A stretch of 64,000 bases of DNA from an uncultured Gammaproteobacteria bacterium (lineage in GTDB: Bacteria; Patescibacteriota; Microgenomatia; Levybacterales; GWA1-39-11), in contig CAZDED010000003.1 in assembly GCA_964504535.1 (NCBI GenBank), positions 6,850 to 70,849 of the forward strand, read 5' to 3'. Positions 35,505 through 44,380 of this stretch are shown here, piece by piece (the stretch's first letter is position 1; the number at the start of each line of letters is the position of its first letter). The position numbers were made by a program, and so were the translations under genes. The notes under the pieces are model-generated. The model was not told the origin of the DNA and did not search any database. It was given only the letters and a program-made list of their open reading frames with translations.

Positions 35505-37854
35505 GTGTAGGGCTGGGAGTCGGCGTTGGGGTATTTGTCGGACTATTATTGTCGTAATGATAATTCGATTTGTCAGAAGGTCTTTTGTATTTATTGTCAT
35601 CTTTATAGTGTTCATTTACCCAAGCGTCGATAGCCTCTTGCCACCTATTTTTCCCGTCGGTTGAGACCGGATCATCTTCAACAAAATTTATGACTTCAAT
35701 AGTATCGTAATCATTGCGTGACAGTTCCTCATCTGATGCTAATTTTCCTTGATCGTGTTTTGACATCTTGAGTGTCTTATAGATAGGAGATTTTGTTGTT
35801 GGCTCAGTCCCTTTTATAAAATACTCAACCCTTGTTGGTTGACCATCTATCGGAAGTCCACCTGAAAATGCATCAATTTGCTTATCAACAATGCTGTCCG
35901 GCTTTTGGAATTCTTCTTTTGGTTTTCCCTTAAGAACTCTGGTCATAACCTTATTCCAGATGGGAGATGCACCGGTAACACCTGATGCGATACGAGGGTC
36001 GAGTGGGGTGTTGTCATTATTTCCAACCCACACACCTACTGCATAGGAAGGCGTATATCCGACCGTCCAGTTATCCCTCTTCTGGTCAGTCGTACCGGTT
36101 TTGACAGATACAGTTCTTCCGGAGACGTTGAGCCACGAATTTGGCCCAAATGCCTCAATCCTAGCATTGTTATCTAGAAGTATGTGTGATATCAAAAAAG
36201 CCACAGATTGTTCAAGAACCTGCTGTTGGCCCTTATCTTGGTGTTTGTAAAGCGTCTTTCCATGTGTGTCTTTAACTTCTTCAATGCCATATGTCTCCTT
36301 CTTTTGACCACCTCTCGCAAACACCGAATATGCAGAGGTTATCTGAACAAGACTAGCTTCGCGTCCTCCCAAAACAAGAGAAAGTCCTACGCTTTTCAGA
36401 TGATCTGAGGTCGGCTCCCAATTTGATATTCCCATATCAAACCCTTTTTGCATAACAGGTTTTATGCCAACTCGAGCCAACATCTTAACGGCAGGGACAT
36501 TAAGAGAATTGCCAAGAGAGAAGCGCAGTTGTACCGGCCCCCTAAATTTTCCGTCATAATTGACGGGAGTATACGCTGTGTTATTTCCACTCCCATCATT
36601 GACTGGAAAATCTGTCTTAACATCCATAATAAGAGTTGAAGGAGTATAACCCTTCTCCAAAGCCACAGCATACATTATTGGCTTGAGACTTGATCCTGGT
36701 TGCCGAAGGGAAGTAGCAGCATTGAACTGTCCATCTATGTCATCATTAAAATAGTCACGACTTCCAAGCATTGCCATAATTCCACCTGTTTTAACATCCA
36801 GCACCATGACCGCCGCATTCTGGACTTTATAATTTTTAAATCCTTCAAATTCTTTTGTCACAATTTCCTCTGCATCGTCCTGAATATCAGAATCCAGTGT
36901 TGTTTTGATGGTCAAATTCCCGTTACTAACGTAATTCTCCCCAAACATGTCAATCAGCTGTTGCCTAACATACATGACAAAATGAGGAGCCTTTATAGCT
37001 TCTGTCTTGTGCTGTTTAAATGTAAAATTCGTAATTGTTTTTAAAGCCTCGTCCGCTTGTTTTTGAGAAATATATCCCTCATCCTTCATTCTTCTCAGAA
37101 CATCTTTTGAGCGTCCTATATAATTTTTATCTTTGTTGGCAAAAGGAGAATAGTAAGATGGAAGCTGTGGAAGTCCGCCAAGAAAAGCACTCTCCGGAAG
37201 CGTCAAATCTTTTGCATGTTTGTTAAAGTACAAATTGCTTGCAGCCTCTATTCCAACGGCTGTTCCTCCATAAGGGATATTGTTGAGATACATCTCCAGT
37301 ATTTGATTTTTTGAGTATTTACTATCAACTTGTACTGCCAGGATCAGTTCCTTCAATTTTCTTGTGATAGTGCGCTCTGAAGACAACAATGCAATTTTCA
37401 CCAACTGTTGGGTTATTGTTGACCCTCCGGTAGCCCGTTTTCTAAGTAGGGGGTCTAATATAACTCCGCGAAAAAGACCAGTTAGGGAAAAGCCCTTGTT
37501 CTGCATAAAATCTTTATCCTCAGTTGCAATCGTTGCATTTCTTAGATCTTGAGGTATCTGATCTAATGGTACATAAATCCTGTTGTAGTCTTTATAAAAT
37601 GAATACAGGAGCTTACCGTTCTTATCCAGGATTCTTGTCGAATCCTTTATATTTCCGTTAGCAAGCTTGCCGGGTGTTGGAAGATCTCGGCTTACCCATA
37701 GCACATATCCAAAACCTATTACTATAAGTGCGACAAGGGCAAAAAAGATATATTTAGCCAACTTTGCTTCCAAAAAAGCAGTTTTTGATGAAAAAAATGG
37801 ACGTTTTCTTTGGGCAGTTCTTCTGAGGCGGCTGTAATACATATTTATATGCAT
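35494..37854 (-). CDS. Class A penicillin-binding protein (bifunctional transglycosylase/transpeptidase) with a PT-repeat C-terminal tail
   Basis: N-terminal TM anchor, GT51 motif GGSTITQQLVK, a transpeptidase domain, and the C-terminal tail NSPTNTPTPTPSPTPTP. Confidence 0.85.
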   Translation of the reverse strand: MHINMYYSRLRRTAQRKRPFFSSKTAFLEAKLAKYIFFALVALIVIGFGYVLWVSRDLPTPGKLANGNIKDSTRILDKNGKLLYSFYKDYNRIYVPLDQIPQDLRNATIATEDKDFMQNKGFSLTGLFRGVILDPLLRKRATGGSTITQQLVKIALLSSERTITRKLKELILAVQVDSKYSKNQILEMYLNNIPYGGTAVGIEAASNLYFNKHAKDLTLPESAFLGGLPQLPSYYSPFANKDKNYIGRSKDVLRRMKDEGYISQKQADEALKTITNFTFKQHKTEAIKAPHFVMYVRQQLIDMFGENYVSNGNLTIKTTLDSDIQDDAEEIVTKEFEGFKNYKVQNAAVMVLDVKTGGIMAMLGSRDYFNDDIDGQFNAATSLRQPGSSLKPIMYAVALEKGYTPSTLIMDVKTDFPVNDGSGNNTAYTPVNYDGKFRGPVQLRFSLGNSLNVPAVKMLARVGIKPVMQKGFDMGISNWEPTSDHLKSVGLSLVLGGREASLVQITSAYSVFARGGQKKETYGIEEVKDTHGKTLYKHQDKGQQQVLEQSVAFLISHILLDNNARIEAFGPNSWLNVSGRTVSVKTGTTDQKRDNWTVGYTPSYAVGVWVGNNDNTPLDPRIASGVTGASPIWNKVMTRVLKGKPKEEFQKPDSIVDKQIDAFSGGLPIDGQPTRVEYFIKGTEPTTKSPIYKTLKMSKHDQGKLASDEELSRNDYDTIEVINFVEDDPVSTDGKNRWQEAIDAWVNEHYKDDNKYKRPSDKSNYHYDNNSPTNTPTPTPSPTPTP

Positions 37855-37935
37855 CGCAGTTTTGCTTAAGGCAAAACAGTAATGCTTTAGAGGTATCTAG
37901 TATACAATTTTTGCCTATAAGAATCAAAAATCTGA

Positions 37936-38409
37936 CTACTTCATATACTTTTTTAGATATTTTATTCTGTCGGTCCGGATGATATATCTTCTGAAAGCAG
38001 AGTGGAGTGGGCGGGGTAAATTGTCCAGAGTAAACCATCCGATATCATCAATCTTATCTTTCTCCATAATTTTTACTTCTTTTGGGTTTACTTTGACGAT
38101 AAAACCAATAGCCAACCAATGCGTTTTTATACCGTTTTGCACCCGTATAGCAGATATTGCAGGAAGCTGCTCCAAAATTTCAGCTTTACATCCTAATTCT
38201 TCTTTAACTTCTCGAAGTACTCCATGCTCAGGGGTTTCACCAAATTCTAACTGCCCGCCACCATTGTCCCAACGACCAATTTCATCACGACAAGCTTTTC
38301 CTCTTTTGTGAAGAAGAATCTTTCCTTTTCCATCCATGCAATAAAAATTCATGGTAACTCCAATATGATCAATCCCAACTTTACGTTTCATAGTAAAGCA
38401 GTATACCAA
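37936..38409 (-). CDS. Nudix hydrolase, the third in this neighbourhood
   Basis: Nudix box GGGQLEFGETPEHGVLREVKEELG. The start may be the internal Met at 38391. Confidence 0.65.
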   Translation of the reverse strand: MVYCFTMKRKVGIDHIGVTMNFYCMDGKGKILLHKRGKACRDEIGRWDNGGGQLEFGETPEHGVLREVKEELGCKAEILEQLPAISAIRVQNGIKTHWLAIGFIVKVNPKEVKIMEKDKIDDIGWFTLDNLPRPLHSAFRRYIIRTDRIKYLKKYMK

Positions 38410-38455
38410 ATGAGAATGTTATGGCAAAAAAATCTAAATTGACTATAATCTATAT

Positions 38456-39649
38456 ATGGACGAAATAGACCAATTGTTAACTCGAGGTGTAGACAAGATA
38501 TACCCCTCAAAAGAGGCTTTGGAAAAAGAACTCCGTTCTGGTAAGAAATTAAAACTTTATGAAGGGTTTGACCCGACAGGAACAGATCTTCATATTGGGC
38601 ACATGATAGGTCTTCGCAAGTTGGCGCAATGGCAAAAATTGGGACATCATGTCATTTTTCTCATTGGAACAGGAACCGGGCAAGCTGGGGATCCGTCTGG
38701 AAAATTGTCGTCTCGAGAAAAATTCTTCAACGAAGAAGAGTTAAAGAAAAACGCAAAAGACTATGTCATGCAGGCAAAAAAGCTTTTGGATTTTGATGGT
38801 CCAAACCCGGTTGAGATTCTTTATAACGGAGATTGGCTTAACAAACTTACACTTTCTGAGATCTTAGAGATCTTTGGACACATAACGCACCAGCAACTCA
38901 TCGAACGCGATATGTTCCAAGAGCGTATAAAAGCAAACAGCGACATTAATATGAGGGAATTCATTTATCCAGTTCTTCAAGGGTACGATTCAGTTGCCAT
39001 GGATGTCGATCTTGAAATAGGAGGGTCGGACCAAACATTTAATATGCTTGTTGGTCGCAAACTCCAACGATCCATCAATAACCGAGAGAAATTTGTGATG
39101 ACAACGCCACTTCTTACGGACTCTAAAGGCACAAAAATTGGAAAATCTGAAGGCAATGCTATTGGCCTTACCGACAAGCCAGAAAACCTTTTCGGCAAGA
39201 TCATGAGCCTTTCAGATGATGTAATTGTTAAAGCAATGGAGTATCTGACAGACATTGCGATGGATGAGATAAAGGAAATTGAGCGAAAATTAAAACACGA
39301 AAATCCAATTGTCTTTAAAAAAAGATTGGCATATGAAATTGTCAAACAACTAAACGGTGAGGAAGAAGCAAGAAGAGCAGAGGAATCATTCAAAAGTGTT
39401 GTGCAGGATAAAAACCTCCCAACAGATATTCCGATCATTAGTTTCCCAAGTGGAGCTACGATTTCAGGTACAGCAACAGCAAACAATCTTGTCGACTCTA
39501 ATTCCGAATGGAAAAGACTAGTTTCTCAAGGCGCAGTTTCTGTTGATAGGAAACGTATTGAGAACCCATTTATGAAAAATGACGAGCTACCTGATGGTGG
39601 AATTCTCAAAATAGGAAATAGAAATTATGCTAAAATAGTTAAAGATTAA
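38456..39649 (+). CDS. tyrS: Tyrosyl-tRNA synthetase
   Basis: HIGH motif (DLHIGHMIG), GDPSGK, a KMSKS-type KIGKS motif, and a C-terminal S4-like domain. 397 aa. Confidence 0.85.
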   Translation: MDEIDQLLTRGVDKIYPSKEALEKELRSGKKLKLYEGFDPTGTDLHIGHMIGLRKLAQWQKLGHHVIFLIGTGTGQAGDPSGKLSSREKFFNEEELKKNAKDYVMQAKKLLDFDGPNPVEILYNGDWLNKLTLSEILEIFGHITHQQLIERDMFQERIKANSDINMREFIYPVLQGYDSVAMDVDLEIGGSDQTFNMLVGRKLQRSINNREKFVMTTPLLTDSKGTKIGKSEGNAIGLTDKPENLFGKIMSLSDDVIVKAMEYLTDIAMDEIKEIERKLKHENPIVFKKRLAYEIVKQLNGEEEARRAEESFKSVVQDKNLPTDIPIISFPSGATISGTATANNLVDSNSEWKRLVSQGAVSVDRKRIENPFMKNDELPDGGILKIGNRNYAKIVKD

Positions 39650-39651
39650 TT

Positions 39652-39753
39652 ATGGAAACAATCCGGAAGAAAAAGTGGATAATGAAAACTCTCATGGTAA
39701 TTGTAACGCTAGCCATGGTTGCTACAATTATTTTGCCATACGTTATTCAATAG
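39652..39753 (+). CDS. 33-aa single-TM peptide translationally coupled to recG (its stop TAG directly abuts the recG ATG)
   Basis: METIRKKKWIMKTLMVIVTLAMVATIILPYVIQ. There are 2 nt after the tyrS stop and 0 nt before the recG ATG. It is below the ORF-track size cut-off. Confidence 0.3.
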   Translation: METIRKKKWIMKTLMVIVTLAMVATIILPYVIQ

Positions 39754-41784
39754 ATGGATCTTAATACTCCAGTAGGAGAACTTGGACTTACATTCCGCCT
39801 TAAAAAATCCGCCCTCGCAAGACTTAACATCATAACTCTTGAAGATCTTCTTTTTCACCTTCCATTCCGCTATGAAGATTTTACCAATACAGTCTTTATC
39901 CGCAATCTAAAGATCAGTGAGCAGTCAGTGATAAAAGGAAAAGTTCTTGATATCAAAAATGAATACACAAAAAAAAGATTTGTTCTACAAAAAGCCAAAA
40001 TCATGGATGAAACGGGAACCGTCGAATGCACTTGGTTCAATCAAACGTACATAACACGAATAATTCATCCAGGGGACGAAATAGGACTAGTTGGCAAACT
40101 CGATTTTTTTGGAAAAAAACCCACTTTTCAGGTAAAAGAATATGAAGTTCTGTCTAATGAATCAGGACTTCACACGACTGGTTTTGTACCTGTTTATAAT
40201 GAAACGAAAGGACTTTCATCCAAATGGTTGAGAAACAGAATATTTGACATCCTCAATAATAATAAGACTCCGATTCCCGAATACTTGTCTCAAAAAGAAT
40301 TATCAAAACTTGAATTTTCAGATCTTTCAACTGCTTTGAAGAATTGTCATTTCCCTAAAGATCTTAAGTCAGCGGAGCATGCACGTGCTCGACTTGCTTT
40401 TGACGAATTGTTACTTTCCCATTTAGCTGCATTGAAGCGCAGACGCGAGTGGGAAGAAAAAAATAAGGGAGTACCATTCCAAACTACAAACTTCAAACTG
40501 CAACTTACAGACTTCATAAATTCTCTGCCTTTTGAACTTACAGATGGACAAAAAAAGGCGCTCTCAGATATTGAAAATGATCTACAAAGGGATATTCCTA
40601 TGAACAGACTTTTGGAAGGGGATGTCGGAAGCGGTAAAACTGTGGTCGCGGCAATTTCAATGTATTTAGCACACTTAAATTCTTTTCAGTCAGCACTAAT
40701 GGCACCCACAGAAATTCTTGCCAACCAACACTTTGCAACTATTTCAAAACTCTTCGAACCCCTAGGAATTTCAGTTGGCCTCCTCACTTCTTCTTCAAAA
40801 CTAAACCCCTCCCAACCAAACCCTAACATCTTAATTGGTACCCACGCTCTCATTCAAAAAAATGTTAATTTTGAAAAGCTTGGACTTGTTGTTATTGATG
40901 AACAGCAGCGGTTTGGAGTTGAACAGCGCTCAATCCTTCGCGAAAAAGGGACAAATCCTCATTTTTTGGCAATGACGGCAACACCTATCCCAAGAACGAT
41001 TCTTTTAGCAGTATATAAAGACCTTGATATTTCATTATTAAATGAATTGCCGAACGGAAGACAAAAGATAAAGACGTGGCTTGTTCCAAATAAAAAAAGA
41101 GAGAAAGCATACGGATGGATCAACAAACAAATTATAGATAGTAATTACAATGACCAAGCCTTTATAGTTTGTCCTTTCATAGAGGAGTCTGAAAGCATGG
41201 AAACAGTAAAAGCTGCAAAATCAGAGTTTGAAAGATTGCAGCATGAGGATCTGAAAGGACTCAAGCTTGGATTATTGCACGGAAAGATGACGGGAAAAGA
41301 AAAAGATCAGGTGCTTATGGACTTTAAGGATAAAAAAACACACGTGCTTGTCGCAACTCCGGTCGTTGAGGTAGGAATTGATATACCAGATGCCACAATT
41401 ATGGTGATCGAGGCAGCCGAGCGGTTTGGACTTTCCCAACTGCACCAGCTCAGGGGAAGAGTAGGCAGAGGCGACAAGCAATCTTATTGTCTCTTATTCA
41501 CCGAATCTGAATCAGAGATTGCTACAAAAAGACTCTCATTTATGGAAACTTCCCATAGTGGTTTTGAGCTTGCAGAGTTGGATCTCAAGCTTCGCGGTGG
41601 AGGAGACCTTTTTGGAACTCGTCAACACGGAGCAGGTGGAATGAAAATAGCTGATTTCTCTAATTTTGAGCTTGTTGAAAAAGCAAAAAATGAAGCAGAG
41701 TTTCTCATTAAGGATCTTATGAAAACCCCAGAACTGCTTGAAAAGGTAGAGAGTGTCTCTCAAAAATTAGTCCACCCCGACTAA
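39754..41784 (+). CDS. recG: ATP-dependent DNA helicase RecG
   Basis: N-terminal wedge/OB region, Walker A GDVGSGKTVVA, DEQQRFGV (DEQH box), helicase C motifs. 676 aa. Confidence 0.85.
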   Translation: MDLNTPVGELGLTFRLKKSALARLNIITLEDLLFHLPFRYEDFTNTVFIRNLKISEQSVIKGKVLDIKNEYTKKRFVLQKAKIMDETGTVECTWFNQTYITRIIHPGDEIGLVGKLDFFGKKPTFQVKEYEVLSNESGLHTTGFVPVYNETKGLSSKWLRNRIFDILNNNKTPIPEYLSQKELSKLEFSDLSTALKNCHFPKDLKSAEHARARLAFDELLLSHLAALKRRREWEEKNKGVPFQTTNFKLQLTDFINSLPFELTDGQKKALSDIENDLQRDIPMNRLLEGDVGSGKTVVAAISMYLAHLNSFQSALMAPTEILANQHFATISKLFEPLGISVGLLTSSSKLNPSQPNPNILIGTHALIQKNVNFEKLGLVVIDEQQRFGVEQRSILREKGTNPHFLAMTATPIPRTILLAVYKDLDISLLNELPNGRQKIKTWLVPNKKREKAYGWINKQIIDSNYNDQAFIVCPFIEESESMETVKAAKSEFERLQHEDLKGLKLGLLHGKMTGKEKDQVLMDFKDKKTHVLVATPVVEVGIDIPDATIMVIEAAERFGLSQLHQLRGRVGRGDKQSYCLLFTESESEIATKRLSFMETSHSGFELAELDLKLRGGGDLFGTRQHGAGGMKIADFSNFELVEKAKNEAEFLIKDLMKTPELLEKVESVSQKLVHPD

Positions 41785-41916
41785 AAAGCAACAACTATTG
41801 CTTTTGAACTTAAATTTATATATAATTGTTGCTAGCGTTTAGATATTAGGGTTTAGGGTTTAGTTAAAAAAACATAACTAAACGCTGTACCCTTCCCTAA
41901 CTATACGCTAATTTTT

Positions 41917-42093
41917 ATGCCACAAGAACCAAAGAGAAGACATTCTAGACAAAGAAAGGGGAAAAGACGAAGCTCTATTTCTCTTGATTCAATTGCAGCC
42001 TCAGTTTGCAAAAACTGTGGATCTGTAGTTGTACCTCACACTATCTGCAAAGCATGCGGATATTACAAAGGCCGCCAAGTACTTTCTAAATAA
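41917..42093 (+). CDS. rpmF: 50S ribosomal protein L32
   Basis: 58 aa, MPQEPKRRHSRQRKGKRRSS...CKNCGSVVVPHTICKACGYYKGRQV, with the classic L32 N-terminus and CxxC...CxxC. It is missing from the ORF track because of its size. Confidence 0.85.
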   Translation: MPQEPKRRHSRQRKGKRRSSISLDSIAASVCKNCGSVVVPHTICKACGYYKGRQVLSK

Positions 42094-42102
42094 TATAACT
42101 TC

Positions 42103-42456
42103 ATGAAAACTGCTCTTGATCCAAGGCATAAGAAGAGACAGGACATTGTTCAACTTCTTTTTTCCTATAGTTTTTTAGAACAAAAGATCTCCGATCCTAA
42201 AGCCAGAGAGGTAATCGCACAGATGGGTGAACTGGATGAACAAATAAAAAATATCGCACCGGAATTTCCGATAGAGAAAATCAATAAAGTCGACTTGGCT
42301 ATTTTACGTCTGGCTATTTATGAGTTACAATTTGAGAAGAGTACACCACCGAAAGTCATCATTGATGAAGCAATAGAACTTGCTAAAGAATTCGGCGGCG
42401 AATCTTCCCCTGGTTTTGTCAATGGTGCTCTCGGGAAACTATTAAAAAGCATATGA
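42103..42456 (+). CDS. nusB: Transcription antitermination factor NusB
   Basis: 117 aa with AILRLAIYEL and a C-terminal FVNGALGKL, both typical of NusB. Confidence 0.8.
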   Translation: MKTALDPRHKKRQDIVQLLFSYSFLEQKISDPKAREVIAQMGELDEQIKNIAPEFPIEKINKVDLAILRLAIYELQFEKSTPPKVIIDEAIELAKEFGGESSPGFVNGALGKLLKSI

Positions 42457-43124
42457 ATGTTAAATTGCCGGAATTTACGGATGAAAATATCCGAAAATTG
42501 GTTTTTACCCATAGATCTTACCTCAACGAAAATAAAGAGGTGCAAGAATCTAATGAAAGGCTCGAATTTTTGGGTGACAGTATCCTGTCTTTTGTCGTTT
42601 CCTCTCATATATATTCTCAACATCCCGATATCAAGGAAGGGGAATTAACGAGTCTGCGGTCAGTTCTTACAAATACTCAGACTTTGTATCTCGTTTCAGA
42701 AGCAATGGGACTGGGCAATCTTCTCACGATGAGCAAAGGAGAAGAGGATGGTGGGGGCAGAACCAATAAAACGATACTAGCCAATACCTACGAAGCTGTC
42801 GTCGGAGGCTTGTACTTGGATCAGGGAATAGATGCGGCTAGAGAATTTATAACGCGCACGATTTTGGATAATGCAAATGAATTTGTAGGAACCCAAGGCC
42901 TTAAAGATGCAAAAAGCATGCTTCAGGAATACATGCAGGAAAAATTTAAAGTAAGTCCTGATTACCGGATTCTTGAAGAACAGGGCCCTGATCACGACAA
43001 AAATTACACATCGGGTGTATTTTTGAATGGAGAACTGATCGCAAAAGGGGTAGGACATTCAAAACAAGAGGCAGAAAAAGACGCGGCGCAAAAGGCGCTT
43101 GAGACAATGAATGTTTCGTATTAA
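42453..43124 (+). CDS. rnc: Ribonuclease III
   Basis: RNase III signature ERLEFLGDSIL and a C-terminal dsRBD. 223 aa. Confidence 0.9.
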   Translation: MNVKLPEFTDENIRKLVFTHRSYLNENKEVQESNERLEFLGDSILSFVVSSHIYSQHPDIKEGELTSLRSVLTNTQTLYLVSEAMGLGNLLTMSKGEEDGGGRTNKTILANTYEAVVGGLYLDQGIDAAREFITRTILDNANEFVGTQGLKDAKSMLQEYMQEKFKVSPDYRILEEQGPDHDKNYTSGVFLNGELIAKGVGHSKQEAEKDAAQKALETMNVSY

Positions 43125-43172
43125 TTAAATGCTTGTAATTGAGCCTCAAAAATTGTACAATTACACCTTACT

Positions 43173-43439
43173 ATGTTAGTTATCAGATTTACAAGAACAG
43201 GAAAAAGAGGAGAGCGTAAATACAGACTCGTCGTCAAGGAACAAAGAAGTAAAAGAGACGGCAAGCCTGTAGATTTACTTGGCTTTTACGAAAAAACAGT
43301 CAATTCCGTAACAAAAGAATTTGACGCTGAAAAGATCAAGTATTGGGTGTCCAAAGGAGCTCAAATGACACCCTCAGTTAAAGACGTTATTGAAGGTGTT
43401 AAAAGAGAAAAAAAGGTAAAGACTCCAAAAACAAACTAA
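43173..43439 (+). CDS. rpsP: 30S ribosomal protein S16
   Basis: MLVIRFTRTGKRGERKYRLVV is S16-like. 88 aa. Confidence 0.85.
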   Translation: MLVIRFTRTGKRGERKYRLVVKEQRSKRDGKPVDLLGFYEKTVNSVTKEFDAEKIKYWVSKGAQMTPSVKDVIEGVKREKKVKTPKTN

Positions 43440-43440
43440 C

Positions 43441-43689
43441 ATGAAAGAAACACTAGAATATATTCTTACAGCAATTATTGATAACAAGGAAGTAACAGTT
43501 ACCGAAAGTGAAGAAGAGGGTAGCATCATTCTTACAATCCATGCACCACAAGACGAAATAGGACGAATTATTGGTAAGGGCGGAAAAGTTATCAACGCTA
43601 TGAAACAATTAGTTAAGATACAAGCAATTCGAGAAAATAAAAGAGTAGAAATAAATGTAGCAGAATTAGACACACAGCCTCAAGAGTAA
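43441..43689 (+). CDS. KH-domain RNA-binding protein (YlqC/UPF0109-like)
   Basis: 82 aa with GRIIGKGGKVINAM (GXXG KH motif). It is located between rpsP and trmD. Confidence 0.7.
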   Translation: MKETLEYILTAIIDNKEVTVTESEEEGSIILTIHAPQDEIGRIIGKGGKVINAMKQLVKIQAIRENKRVEINVAELDTQPQE

Positions 43690-43690
43690 C

Positions 43691-44380
43691 GTGAAAATCT
43701 CCGTTATAACACTGTTCCCAGAAGTCTTTGAACCAATCATCAACCATTCTATAGTAAAACGTGCCGTAGAAAAGGGATTGGTAGAATTTAATATAGTCAA
43801 CCACAGAGATTTTGGAATAGGAACCCACAAAACGGTCGATGATAGGCCATACGGCGGCGGTGCTGGGATGGTTCTTCGAGTCGATGTCTTGAGCGCCGCA
43901 ATCGATTCTGTAAGGGAAAATTGTGAAGGGGAAATTGTTGCGCTTATGGACCCTCAGGGAGAAGTATACTCTCAAGAAAAGGCAGAAGATTTTTCAAAAC
44001 TCACCCATCTTATATTAATTTGCGGTCATTATGAAGGGTTTGATGAGCGGGTGAGAGATCTTGTAGACGTTGAGATTTCGGTTGGAGATTATGTTCTTAC
44101 CGGTGGTGAAATTCCAGCAATGATAATTATTGACAGCGTAACAAGACTGATAGAGGGGGTTTTGAAAGACAAGGATGCAACTAAATTTGAATCTCATTCC
44201 AAAAGTAACGCGGGAAGAATACTTGAAGGACCTACATACACAAGACCGGAAGAATTTAATTTTAAAAAAGTACCTGAAATCCTGTTGTCTGGTGACCCAA
44301 AAAAAATAGAGGAATTTAAGAAAAACGAAGCCTTAGTAATAACAAGAAAAAGAAGACCAGATCTTCTGGCAAAAGATTAG
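43691..44380 (+). CDS. trmD: tRNA (guanine37-N1)-methyltransferase TrmD (GTG start)
   Basis: MKISVITLFPE...RPYGGGAGMVL, 229 aa, SPOUT-fold TrmD motifs. Confidence 0.85.
   Translation: MKISVITLFPEVFEPIINHSIVKRAVEKGLVEFNIVNHRDFGIGTHKTVDDRPYGGGAGMVLRVDVLSAAIDSVRENCEGEIVALMDPQGEVYSQEKAEDFSKLTHLILICGHYEGFDERVRDLVDVEISVGDYVLTGGEIPAMIIIDSVTRLIEGVLKDKDATKFESHSKSNAGRILEGPTYTRPEEFNFKKVPEILLSGDPKKIEEFKKNEALVITRKRRPDLLAKD

Noticed and set aside
36208-38311. Small plus-strand ORFs within the PBP and Nudix genes (36208-37552, 37979-38311), and minus-strand 38977-39486 within tyrS
   Set aside because: Antisense shadows of strongly supported genes.
41846-41862. Telomere-like TAGGGTTTAGGGTTTAG
   Set aside because: Only two or three heptamer units inside a ribosomal-protein leader. 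Treated as part of a possible leader structure.
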